From Balanoglossus misakiensis (Eukaryota; Animalia; Hemichordata), in NCBI GenBank assembly GCA_040954595.2, contig CM082578.2, forward strand, positions 9,843,519-9,907,518: a stretch of DNA of 64,000 nt, in the 5' to 3' direction. Under the pieces are notes generated by a model, which made no database searches, had not been told where the DNA came from, and worked only from the letters and a program-made list of their open reading frames with translations. Positions 1 through 13,334 of the stretch are shown here, in pieces. A program made the position numbers and the translations under genes. Numbering within the stretch: position 1 is the first letter of the stretch; the number at the start of each line of letters is the position of its first letter.

Positions 1-3000
1 GAGGCCATATTCCTTCCAATGACTCAGGCATCTTGGGCAGTGGAACACTGGACGGGCTATGTTTCCGGGTGTGAAGTCTCGCTTTACGATCTGGAGAGAG
101 AATTAGATGTCGTTTTGATTCATGTTTTTTTTCCATGTAAACACGTGTGCATGTAGTTTGTCTATGGCTTAATCTACCAGCATTTTTAGAGACACGTTAC
201 GTTTCCATTCTATTTGGTGTGGGCGCGCCCTCAAACGACGGATTTTTCAATCTAGTGGTCTCCGGACCCTTTTGGCCGTGTAACTGTAAGGCAGCATGAT
301 CTATATATCGCTATGGTGACGAGCGCGCATGCCGCAGACAAGTGTAATTACACGCCCATTTCCATAAGCCAATCATCGGTCTTCGAAAGCACTGAATGGT
401 TCGCTCTCTCTATCTACCTTCGGAATCGAATACAAGCATTCCTCCTGAACAGGTACGCCGATCAAAGATCACTTGGCCTGCTCACGACTCACGTTTCAAA
501 GTTTGCGTCGCTATGTGCTTATCGCGTGACGTTGACAGTCCGGCATCCAAATCATCCTGAGAAGCAGATGGCATTTTTTTCGTGTATGAATTCAAGAGTG
601 AGAATTGGACCGATTCCAGAGCTTTCATCACTCAGTCTTGGTTTGAAATGCCCGCCGCTTTATATTGCTATCAAGATCTTTATTAACATTCTTTTGTGGT
701 GAGCAAAATTTTCCTAAACTCACCAGTCAGGCGAAAAAAACGGGGAAATGCAGGTACAAATATACGTACAAGGAAAATGATTTCGCATTTCTAATTGATT
801 TCGTGGTTAGGGATATAAGTTACATATTCGATGCCGTAGGAATAATCTGAGAGAACCTCCATAGGAAAAGCCCGATTCCTAACTCTATACACAGCCACTC
901 CACAGCTAGGTTTTCTATACTATGGAAATGTTTGTCCTCACCTCTATAGTAATTCCCATAGAATGGCACATTAGCAGCTCTTCCAGTTGTTTGTGCAGCG
1001 CCGACACGTCTTCGTCGCAATCGCGAAACACTTGTCCCAAGGTGCGTGATTTCTGTTGGAGGGAAATTAATGACATGTGAAATGATTTTTGTCCACCACC
1101 TGTTGGAGTAAGCGGTGTGACATTTGACATTTTCGGATTTCCTCTCATTTAAAAAAAAGTAGTTTGTCGTCCTTGGATCGGACAAGGAGAGATTCTTTAC
1201 CCGCCACATCTGCCGACCAGGTACCGAGAGTTCTATTGAACTACAACAGCAAGGTACAACAAGAGCGGGAAAGAAAGGGAGACAACAGAAACGTGTTTTC
1301 TTCAACAATTTAGTTCTGCAAACACCGTGTTTACACACGGCGCTTAATCAGAACAATCTGGAGCTCCTCGGCATTATCTACAGTTGTTTTGTCATCATCT
1401 TCACTCAAACAGTGATTGGCAAATACGTCACCCGAAACGCCGTCGATAAAAGTTAACTTTCACTAGTTTGACGTGACAGAATACACCGACACGGTGTCGA
1501 CATCTCATTGGCTCACCTCTCCGTGTTTCTTGAGCGGCTCCGTCGGGGTCCTCGGCGGCGGCAACTGAAGATCCTGGCCCATGATGGACAGCGAGACGTC
1601 CTGGCGACTGCTTTTGTTGCTTGGGGGTTCGGATCCATGGTGTAAATCGGGCAGTTGCGAATACTGCGGGCAAACAAGAGATGGGGAATCGGTCAATACT
1701 TGTGTGAGTGTGTGTGTGTGGGGGGGGGGGGGGGTACCGTGATTAAAGGAATGTGATGGTTGGAGAGTTTTATCGAGATACATCGCGGCTTTGAGGAGAT
1801 ATGGTTTTTTTTATTTTCCTTGCTTACTGAGCTTTCGACCGAGAATAACTAACTTCAAGCGATAGCTTGAATAGTATCCAGTCTCACCTAAAAGGTCACG
1901 CGTTTGCATCCAAACATTTTCTCATATGAGAACAACCCCTCCAATGGTCAATGCGTGCCATTAGATGGAAGGTAACTCGCACTTTAATGAGCGACAAGTA
2001 TAACATTTCTCAAACTCATCTTGTCATGCTTGTGTCTTAAGTGTATTTTAACAGTCATGATGTAACTATCTTCTTGGTATGCGGACACCCCAGAAATCGT
2101 CGAATAGCGGGAAGAAAGTCGTACATGTGCACATGACAAACAGGTGCACTGACGATTTGTTTGTTAATAACTGGTCGCGGCCATGTAATATGGTTACAAT
2201 TTGAGATGCGGATCTCATCATTATTAAATCGCGGTTTTAATCAAATCCACCACCTGTTAATAAAAACAGGTGTTTGGTAAGGGAGTTCGCGGAATCCCCA
2301 TATTTCCTGGTCGATCACGCTCAGCCATTAGATATATTTCGGATGGAAGGACATTAAGACAAATTGTCTGACTTCAAGTCATTCATCAGCGTATAATTGC
2401 CCGCCAATGATCGACGCGATGATTTATGGCACCGCACATACCTCACTTCTAATAATAAATTTCAAGTTTACGCGAGTGTTTGGATATGTCGTTCCCCCGA
2501 GTGTTCCATACTTGAATCCCAAACTATAGACATGCCTACTACACTCAGCCGTTGCCTTGCAAAATGTATGTCTGTCGTCCATGCATCCTTGGTGCGCAAT
2601 AAGCGTAGAAGATCAGCGACTCAAGCTGTCACTGTGTCCCCGAAGGTCACGTGAAAACTAATTATTATAACGCCAGATTACCAGCAGCACTACAATGATT
2701 ATCGGAATGGAAAATCAAATCAAATCCTTGAGAATAGTAATGACGAAAAATCTTTAGAATTGCACGCGTGATAAAGGAAGCGAATGATAATAACGACAGA
2801 TGTGTGAATCATAATCTAGATCTCATCCTATTGGCAGATTTCCTAATCTTACAACTAGAAAACTACGTGCACTTCTCGCCTCAGTAATTAATTGCAGTAT
2901 TAATTTGCTGATAACAATTATTTACCTTTCCCGATAAGATCTCATATACAGCGGTGGTTACCGAGAAAGGGTCAGCTATTAAAGAACGGTGTGCCTGCTA

Positions 3001-5324
3001 CGGGTTCGTGGCCCGCCACGTGATCGCTATCATTAAATTTTCTGTCAAATTATATTTGCTCCTTTTATTCGGTTGCATCTGTCACTGCATATACTAGTAT
3101 GCAATGAATCAACATTTACACTCGTTTAGTACAAGTGTCCACTAATAATTACCTGTTTCAGAAGTGGGCAAATTTGCGAGGCATATATTTTGTAGTGCAT
3201 TTACAAACACCGTATCGTCATGGGTTGGCGAGATAACAGGGTAGCAACGCGAGCAATGGCATCACAGCTCGTGAAATATACGGTCTCCGCGAACGATTGG
3301 GTAATTCATCTTAGGGCTTCCTTGTATTAAAACAAGGAGGCGAATATTGTAAATGTATAAAATAGCGTACTGGATACAGTGCTCCTATACGATTTTAATA
3401 CATGATATTCCACTCATTGCGAGATCTCGCGAGACTTGGTTAATTACCGTAGGAACCGGTTTTAGTCAAGTAATACAAGTCAATCTTTGTTTGAAACCAG
3501 AATGGGTGCAGGGTTTAACAATACTTCACTTGTGCACATGAGACTGATCAAGTTAGTATTGCCGAATGTCTTGATAATTTTGACACGATGAATTGAATTG
3601 TATAACAGTATTTATTCGCGTAAAGCAAATTCTTGTCCCGGACTCGTCTCCCGGCGACACCACACCTGCTGCGGCGGTCTGAAGCCCTCGTGCAGAACGA
3701 ACGAAAAATTCGGTAATTCGGGACGCGTGTTCTCGCCTCGCAAATTATCACCAATCGCCGCAGATCGGGTGTGTCAATATTGGACAGTAGGTAATAACGG
3801 GTAATAAGCAGAGCGAATGCCTACTATGAGTGGAACAAATACCGATAACGGATAACGGGTGCGGAATCACCAGACGACACATTCTGTCGTTCTTTACTTT
3901 TCACCCGCCATGCCAAAAAGTGCCCAAATCTCCAAACGGCGGTGCGATTCAATAAAGGCATCATCTGACTGCCTGTCGTGACATCCGATGCTAGTTTGGT
4001 GAAAACCAATATAAAAGTTAGCCAGCGCCAACGTCTAAATTTAATAAAACCGTTTGCACCTGGCAAAAGAACAAAGTGCGTGCGCTCGTCTATTCTACCG
4101 CCTTGCCCTGTTAAAGCGAAGAGACCAATCACAAATCGGGTGTCGATTTTACTTGACCGATTCGCGCTTTCTGGGGCTTTTCTTACGAACAAACTGGTCA
4201 TCACAAATCACACGGTTTGCGGGGAACGAGATCTATTTACAAGTCGTCTGAGTGAACTCAACAGAGTGACTTGTCGTGTATATGCAATATGGTAGCTGGC
4301 CAAACATTGACGAGTACGAAGAAAGGGAAGTGGGTATAGACAAAGCGAGAAATGAAAATGGCCGCGGGAAAGTGTTGCCTGGTGAATGGGAACTTTGTCT
4401 GGCATGAAATGCTCACTTAGTCTCTGGTATGGGAAAAATGGAATGCTGATGCTCGGTGGTGCTCTAAGAAAGAGATGGAACTCGCAAAAATCAATGTTTT
4501 TGTTTACCTTCTTCCCTTTCCCTTTCTGTTTGTTTGGCAAGAGTGTCTGCTGATCCTGCTTCGTCGTCTGGTCGTTGCCCTCGTCGATGGTCGGCAGTCG
4601 GACCGTCTTGTCCTGGATGCCGGTGATGCCCAGGTCGAAGTTCGACTGGTCCTTGCTTTCCGCCGCGGACGATGACGACGACGACGACGGCGGCAATGCC
4701 GAGGCGTCGTCCGCGCCCTCCCCGGGTCGGCTGCTGTCGGCGGCCGCGGTGCCCTTTTTGGTCACCCGGATCAAACCCTGCAAAAGCAAAACATCGACGT
4801 TTGTTACACTTACAATCAGATCACCCACCCAAATCCGCTCTTTTGTTCGGCTCATCAGGCCCCACTGCGGTTCTTGAAACGGCCCTTGTTTGGTGTACAA
4901 ACACTTGCCGCGGCTTCTGACTATATTACCAAGCCGTGGTGTTTGAGTAGTTAGTCGATACCAATGGGGGACACGCATCAAATGACAAAAAGTTATGCAA
5001 TTCTGTTTTGAAAAGGTATGATCTTTGGTATCCCACCAGGGCTAATCAAATGAGTACCCTGTCACGCCTGGTTAGCTTCCAAAAATGCTTAATCACACAT
5101 ATTGTCTTGTTTTGACAAATTGAAGCCCAAGCATCCACAGTATCAATTACCAAATCCAAACCACCAAGGCGAAACGTTATTTGAATTTTTCGAGGCATTG
5201 TTATGGGACGCAAAAACTTGCTAGGAACGCGGAACGATAGACTGTTGATGTTAGATAAAATTTCAGTGATTTCGCCCAAAAATGGTTATAAAATCCACTG
5301 TAGAATGGAAAGAGAGAGAGACGA

Positions 5325-5375
<51 letters not shown>

Positions 5376-8300
5376 TACAGACAGACAGACAGACAGACAT
5401 ACAGACAGACAGACAGACGTCGACGGAAGCAATATTACTGTGAAGCTTGTTCTTGTAGACAGCCCCAACTACTTTTTTACATTGATGAATTCAGATTTCA
5501 AATTGATAACGAGTTAAACCATGTAATGAAAAACGGTACAGAAATTTATGCGGTTTGATGGGTTTGGTTTAAAAATCAGGTGGACCGGCTGTATCCGCTG
5601 TAACTGGAAATAAGCTATTTCGCTGAACGTGACAGAAGAATGGTAATGGTGGGAATTTAGCGGCGATGTGGCACAAGTTACCGCAACACTTAGCGCGTCT
5701 ATTTTGGGCAAAACGAGAAAGGCGGTCTGGTGTTTGGAGTGACACTGTCGGAATTTGTAAATGCACCCGTAAGACGAAAATCACACAGTGCCGATATCTT
5801 TGCATAGAATTAAGAAATTGTCGTGGCGGTTCGTCAACACTCCGGGACAAAAGAAAAAAAAACGGAGACTCACACGGTGTTTCCGTCGACGTAGCGTCCG
5901 CGGCTCCCGGTGACCGTAGACACCACTATCCAGTTTGGAAGTTGCACCAAACATTGTACAATTTACTTCGTAACTGGTTTAGGTATATCATATATTGGGG
6001 TATTGCGATTTAAAAGTATATTCAAAGATTCGCAACAGAATTAATTCAATGGCGGTCAAGTCCGCTTGTCCCGCACTTTGGCATTTGGCAAACAGTAAAC
6101 AGGATCCCCGTTGTTTGGATTCAAGCGAAGAAACGTTGCTACGGTGCCTACCTCGATACGAACTTCAGAAGAAGAAAAAATCAACGAAAATCTTTGACAT
6201 GTACTGAAATTTCTCACATCTCCTACCAAAGGCGATTCCATTTGACAATATTTGAAATATCCCTTAAGTTATTTTTTTTAAATTTCAAAATAAGTTGTAG
6301 CTTTTGGGGTCATGTCTGGTGACGAGACTAAACAAAAGTATGGAAATAATTGCTCTTCACTGTTGATTTACACGAGCGATCTATACACTCAGATAAGAAG
6401 GCTTCAGTGAACCAAAGCAGTAGGACATCGTGGAAGACGTCCCCCCTCCTCCTCAAAATTACTTACTTTATACCGACGACGTCCGTATTTCCGAGGAAGT
6501 TGTTTCTCACCGAGCACGGCTATCATTTTCCGGCGAGCAACGGGGGACCCCTACGTACACGACTAACCAACTAACCGCATCACTTTATCAGTGCGTCAGC
6601 GAGTGAAGCGACTGACTCGATCAGCCCCGGCGCTATGCCTTCATTCTAACGGGCGGCTCGAACCGCCGTGTCAACATCACCCTTGTCAAACTGGATTATT
6701 GTAATGAGTTTAAATACACCCGACGACCGAACCTTTATTGAAATATGGGCCAGAGCAAACCCCGCGCCTGCCGAAAGACGTGACAGTCACCTGGATACCT
6801 GGCCACCCCTCGTGCAAACAGCCTCGTCCAAAATAATACATTATTTCCGAGTGTTTTGAAACCTTCCGCAGTTATTATCCCTTGTGAACTGTGTATTTGC
6901 CCGGTGCTGATGACCTCACAAAAGCATATATGTAGAAAGCGGTGATTTTTCCGGTAACCAGTGCAATTTGCCAACAAGTGTTAATACTTTTTGATTTGAC
7001 CGAACGAGGTGATACGCTGGAAAGGAGTTGCCGGGCACCTTCCATCTTTCAGTGTTTATTCTTCTGTCGATGTTTGGCAGTGACGTTTTTATTAATCCGA
7101 CACTTAGAAGCGCGCCACTGCAGGTCAAGTAAAGGGAAAAAACTCCGGGACCATCCAATGTCAAATACGACAGATTATCTCGTCATGATTTTAATTGACA
7201 GTATACAGAACGAATGTCGCTTTAATGTTTGTATGTCACTTAGGACGGAGTCCCACATATCATTTTATCCAGGTTGACTTGGTTTGCGATGTAATGTCAT
7301 AATGGAAGTTAGGACTAATTGTAGCTTACCCGTCAATGCAATATTTTTAGACAAATCTGAAGTTTTTGTATTGCATATGGATTAATTATTATCGACACAT
7401 GCATGCGCACATACATGCCTACATACACTGGAACACTGGAAGCAGTTATTTACAACGTGATATATTGTAAGCCCTATTGAACGTAAAAGAGAGACCAGCA
7501 CCACAATTACACTCATAGCTTGAAGTAGCCGGGTAATTGATAGTGGATTTGGACTTCACTTGTTTGCATACCGGCGAAGTCAAGGAAAGAAGGCTTTTCT
7601 ACGATGAAATGTTCAGATAAGACGACAATGAGATACAGTTATTTATAAACGGACAAATCGAATTTTCTTTTCTTCTACAAGGTCTTTTTTGTGTGTACGC
7701 GTCTCTGAAGTGTTTCCGATGCGGTAAAAGTGCCGGTACACAACATATTTCCCCGATATTTGACGAGTAAGTATCAGGTAACCTTTTGAGTAACCACCCC
7801 TCTTCAAAGTTCAAAAGCAATACCGCGACGAAAGATGAGAGGCAGAGAAAGCGGGCTATTCGCAAAATGGCGGCGGACTGTGGTAATATCCTCGCACACC
7901 GACAAGTATTACCATTCTTGTTGTCATGGGGATAGCAAAAGTAACAGACCGTAATAAATACACCAATAGCGAATCTTGCAGAAGTGTTGTGTTTACTGTA
8001 TACCAGAAATGCGGCATTTGAAAATGTGGCCCCTGAAATACTATTCTCTCATTGTTTAGTTTTTCGACAACTAGGCCTACATGTAAAAACATGGAAGCTA
8101 TTGGACTATGATTGGAGTGCACACCTATAACAAATACTACTTAACCGCTGTTTGTAGATACGCATGATACAAGACCCATCCATGAAATAAACACTTTACG
8201 GTCGCCAGATTTGCAATGAGTGTATTACATTATACACGTGTTACTACAAAGTACGCGTTGGACCACGTAACTGGATTCACTGAAATCGTCTCAATCAAAG

Positions 8301-11184
8301 AGATGAACCGAAATAAAAAGTTTTATGAAATATACGTTTCTCGCCCGGACCTCGCACTCCCGCCAAATGTTAGTTACAAATGATTTAATCATAGACCCCT
8401 GGAGCGCTCCAAAGTTTATCAATTAACATTTTCGTGTTTGGCATTTACCCCGAGATGATTTTATATAATGTGTGCTTCGCTTGAAGGATTATATAGTTAC
8501 GGTCTGACTTTGCATTTACCACCAAATGAGCGCAGCAACAGGTGGTTATGTAAACCAACGAATCCATCAACCCGTTATAGGTACCTCAACCACAGTGTAC
8601 CTCAACCAATGGGTGATCGTCCAATCAGACGTCAACGCTTGGGCACATCAACCAATCAAAAGGTCCATTAGCTGTAAGTGTTGGTTCAATCCATTTTCGG
8701 TACCGCTGTTTTGACCATTCACTGCAGTGGTTTTCTGCTACTACACCATAATGCTACACTGTCCATCATCGATCGCGAAATGACCCGTTGTTATAAAATT
8801 GTTTACTAGTGAAATCAAGACGTATTTCATTGAATTTCAACAATAAAATGCTGAGTATACACATTTGATAAGATGCCCGGTATGTTTCATTAGGATTACT
8901 GATTGACATGAAGAAAATTCTGAACAAGTTGATGCACTAACTAAATTCGTAGAAAAAAATAGCCAAGTTGAGTGAACCCCAGGAGTTGCCATGGAACCAA
9001 GTGTTGATCGCAAAATGTGACAACTTGTCTAAGGTCAGAATCTGAACGTGACACAATCGCCAAGTTTCTTTGATTTGAAATGACCTTTAGAGTTAACCTT
9101 TAGAATGAAGTCTTACGCAACACTAAATGTGACACAGCCACGTGCATGTCATCTTGATATAACCTTGGAATTTCAACAACGACGCCCTGTAATATAAATC
9201 CGGAGTTTCACCCTTTCTTCTATTAATACTCTTTTTAAAAAATATATAGAAATATCGTTAATAAATACAGTCTACATACAATCCGTCACTGCACTGAAAT
9301 TCCAAGTGATGTTCAGAATCTCTCCAAAATACAAACATTTGTAGTATTTGGCGTTATTGTTTGCCAGGTTTGCGGGCATCATTTTGTCAATGATGTGAGT
9401 ACATGAATTTCTACGACGACGACAACAACAACAACAACAACAACAACAACTGACTACACAAAAAAGCTGTTCTCAAAAAGGTGATGGTATCTCTCATGAC
9501 TTTGCATGTGTGGTTTACTATCATCTATCGGATTGATTATCGACGACGTTGTTTATGCACCCGTGATAAGGTTGCCAGGTCAGTCGGTGGGATACACAAT
9601 CCCCAACGGGTTAAACAACCCCCGGGTTTAACCGCCAACCTCTTCGAAACACGCGGCCATTTCTTAATATCTTTTACAGGGGAAACACGTGCCAGCACAG
9701 ATTCTAGCGTAACCCCGTACTGCTGTAACTTAACTGAAGTGGTTGGCCCTGGTTACCTTTTAGTCAGTCTCCCTGGAAACCCTTTCACAAGGCCTTGACC
9801 TCGAGACGTCATCAACATTGTCCCATAATCGGGACGACGTACTTTGAGTCTGCTTACTATACCACTCCACAGCTAGGCAAAACAAAGTTTGCTATCACAA
9901 GACCCTTGACTCCAGTATAAACTCCAGAATTGGTCATTTTCGAAAATTTATAGCATTGACCCAACTTAGAGCTAGTATTGGTGGGGAAGTAACATCTGCA
10001 AATTGAACTTCTTGCCCGCAAATATTTTTGTCTGTCGAGTTGTTTTGGTGAAGGTCTTTTTTAACTTCTCCCGGATTAAAGTCAAACTAGATTGGGGGGG
10101 GGGGTGGGGGGGGGGGTCGCCACCCGGGATCAGACACACGTATGCAGTGATCTCGCTGCACGCACACAATTACTTGCAAAACATGTTGAATTGTCAAAAT
10201 AAACAAAACACTGTCAAAACTACTTGCCCTTTTCAAGACACATGTTCTGTGAATGTATAAGCTTACGGCTCAACGAAACATCATTTTTGTCAGAAAACAC
10301 GCGAATCTATAAACAGTATTTTATTAGCGGCGGTCAAAGGTCGCATTATGCTGGCAGTTCATTTTGTCAGTTTTGAATAAACAGTGATTTGAAAACTGGC
10401 ACAATCTGGCAATGCGATTTGGCGATCTCGCTACCGATGCATACTTGTGTACCAGATGAACGACAAGATTTGCTTTTCGTGATGCGGCTGACATCACTCG
10501 CGGTCAGTGCTAGTTTGGGCCTGAATAACAATGTTTTTTTGTCGTATTATCATTATGTAATTTTTTTATATCAACGCTTCACTGTGTTCATTTTGGATTT
10601 GACGTCCAGAGTTCAACCGATAAGTCTAGATTGACAGTTGTTTCCGTGCTAAGGATAATGACAGCATTCGTTGTAAATCACTCATTTCAGATCTGAACAA
10701 TTTTACATGCGTGCTACATTTGAATGCTTTTAGGTCCAATTTTAGTAAAGCCGGGATATACGGAGGGAGAGACATAAAAAGACAGAGACACACACAGATG
10801 TATGCACCTTAATAATACAACAAAAGCGGTCTCCATGTTTGGACTAACAACTATAGGCACTAGTGTCGTATTGGTGATAAGCCCATATAGCTTGTTCGTT
10901 TTGAGGAAAAAAATTGGCCACAACCGAATGGCAATACAGTTGAATCCCTGACAAGTCATCTAAATGCAAATTTTGATTAGGTATTTTATGCATGGCTTCT
11001 TCACTACACGGCAACTGATTTAGATAATTCCCTTGACGTAAACTGTCGCTCTCCCATTGACGCACGCCTGTCGCGTGTAATTCCAAACATTGCAATATAT
11101 GTACAAAATTACAGTACGGTTGACGGTGAAATTACTGGAAAAGAATGCTTCGCGCCTATATTAACGGGAGAGTAAACGACACAC

Positions 11185-11268
<84 letters not shown>

Positions 11269-12331
11269 GACAGAGACAGAGACAGAGACAGAGAGACAGA
11301 GAGAGCAAGAAACAGAAAGACAGAGACAGAGAGACAGACAGAAGGAGCAGATAATATTGGGATCAATGCTAGGGGTAATCAGGTTTGCGCTGTTCATACT
11401 CATATTATATTAAATGGAAATACTTTTCAAACATTTACGGGAAGGGAGTTATCTGACATGTGCTGGTTTGCATGAGACCATACACTCGTATTGCTGTATC
11501 TAAGATGAACTTATGTTTAGCCAATTCTCTGCGCTGGGCAAATACAGAGCGCAGTTTTTCAATTAAGTGTATTCGGGCAATATGTGCACATTGATAGGAG
11601 GCTGTCTAAAGCGGCAAGGTGGCATAGTCTAACCAAACAAGTGATGTCATTTTGTGTCTTTTAGATTGTCTCTTCCCTAGTCATGCAGTCATATCATCTT
11701 GACGGCCATCGAGTATACAGCAAAATCCAAAATTTATGAAATTCAAAGAGAGCGCCCCAAATACTCAACTGTTGGTATAATCCCGGTGTTTTAAAAGGCA
11801 CAGGAAAAGTATGCATGCAATTCCCGCAATCTTTATCCTTAGCGACTGTAGGCCTAGTAATAGTACAGTACTAACCTGTTTCGAGTCCGCGATGAACATT
11901 TAAAGGTTTGTTTTCTGCGTATAACAAAATATGTATATATCCGACAAGAAAAGCAAACCCCCCCCCAAAAAAACAAAACAAAAAACAACAACCACCGTTA
12001 AATATATCCAATACAGCAGTGTTTCTTATACTCTGTGTTCCTATAGACCGCATCTGTCTTGTATGACTACATACCAGCCATGTCGATCCATATCATGGAT
12101 GCAACACCGACCGTGAGTTCGCAAGAGCATCAGTCTTGATGTTAATATACATGCCGCTATAGAGGGAGAACACATGGTCACTACACTCACCGCAGCACCC
12201 CGAGTCGGTCTCTTACTCGTCCCCTGTCCATGGCCACGCCTTCGATGCTGCTGCTGCACCGCGTCGTTGTACTCCGCCGTTGAATCTACAAACGCGGCGA
12301 TCCTGGGCAAAATCAGCCTGGTCGACGACAT
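1..12331 (-). CDS. Multi-exon gene of unknown product (low-complexity Ser/Pro/basic protein), running off the left edge of the window
   Basis: Phase-consistent GT-AG exon chain on the minus strand: 4508-4777 (GLIRVTKKG...KGKGKK), 1517-1663 (YSQLPDLHH...KKHGE), 1201-1240, 942-1052, 824-846, 493-556 (DDLDAGLSTS...), and 1-90 (RKARLHTRKHSPSSVPLPK...). Candidate first coding exon 12191-12331 (MSSTRLILPRIAAF..., GTGAGT donor) lies below a GC-rich stretch at ~12540-12630. Exons between 4.8 and 12.2 kb are not resolved, and linkage of the 12.2-kb exon is inferred. No domain recognised. Confidence 0.55.
5311..5418. repeat. Compound (AG)n/(ACAG)n microsatellite
   Basis: Directly visible. Confidence 0.95.
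11189..11341. repeat. (GA)n microsatellite grading into (GAGACA)n
   Basis: Directly visible. Confidence 0.95.
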
Positions 12332-12665
12332 CGCTCAAAAGTCTCAAGACCGCGGTGAATAGATTTTGAATAACTGCAACTGGTGACACGCCTTTGCTCG
12401 AGAATACACTTTCAGGTGGATGTCAGCTCCTTGATGACAAGAAATTTTAAAGTATACCTACATCTTGTCATTGAGGAGTCAGCAGCCCGCCGTAGCCAAG
12501 AGCGGGTTCCAGTGTTCTGGAATGTTGCTTGGTGTCAAGTCAACCGGGCGCGAAGCTTCGAAGGCGGGGCGCGTTAGTGGGCGCGTTATCGGCGTAAGAA
12601 CCGCTGTTCCGCCATGAGAAGAAAGAGCGCCACCAACAGTCATGTGAAAAATAATATTCAATTGA

Positions 12666-12868
12666 TTGTCATTTTTGGATGATTTTCATGACCTATAACC
12701 CATGATTGTTTTCAGAAAAATGAAGAAATTTTTGAACTTTTGCAAAGTCGAAAAATTGTCATTTTTGGATGATTTCCATGAGCTATAACCCATGATTTTT
12801 CTCAAAAAATGAAGAAATTTTGAACTTTCGCAAAGTCGAAAAATTGTCATTTTTGGATGATTTTCATC
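12666..12868 (+). repeat. Orphan of ~2.3 copies of the 88-bp satellite monomer, outside the palindrome
   Basis: ttgtcatttttggatgattttcatg.ctataacccatg...caaagtcgaaaaa matches the large array. Confidence 0.9.
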
Positions 12869-13281
12869 CTGGTGTATTCGACACATACACTATATTTTCG
12901 ACATTACCCGATTTCTGATTTCTTATGTTTCCTCGACGTTAACATTTTGTGTGATTGAACTTTTTCTCGTTTGCATCAATGCATGTTAGTGAGCAAATGA
13001 AATTCTCCTTGACCACGTCTGATGCACAACGGCAACTGCATTTCCGTTGAAAGGAATTTGAAATCGCCCTGACATCGTGTTGTGTTCCCATTTCCTCTTC
13101 TGACATGTTAACCCGCATGTTATAGTAGGTGACGATGATTTTCCCCTACTCCAACATTTCAAAGCGCATGGTAAATTCTTTCGAATGTGGAATCGTGTGA
13201 TGTTCAAAATGTCTGGCAAACTACGACAAAAGAATCCGAAATTTCAACAGTTACGTAACTGTGTCAGAACTTTTGATGCGG

Positions 13282-13334
13282 GTCACGTGACGTGACTTGA
13301 GACGCGTCAGAGCAAAGTTTTCGCTGCTGATTGG
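13282..13334 (+). promoter_or_regulatory. E-box/CRE-like (GTCACGTGACGTGAC) and reverse CCAAT (CTGATTGGTT) cluster at the outer end of the left arm
   Basis: Motifs seen directly, ~170 bp upstream of a strong donor CG|GTAAGT at 13500. Function is inferred. Confidence 0.45.

Noticed and set aside
4208-4981. 257-aa single-exon gene
   Set aside because: Only 4508-4777 is bounded by splice sites and has coding-like composition; the rest is intron read-through.
11109-11403. RE-repeat and SL-repeat ORFs (similar ones at 5203-5517)
   Set aside because: Translations of GA/ACAG microsatellites.
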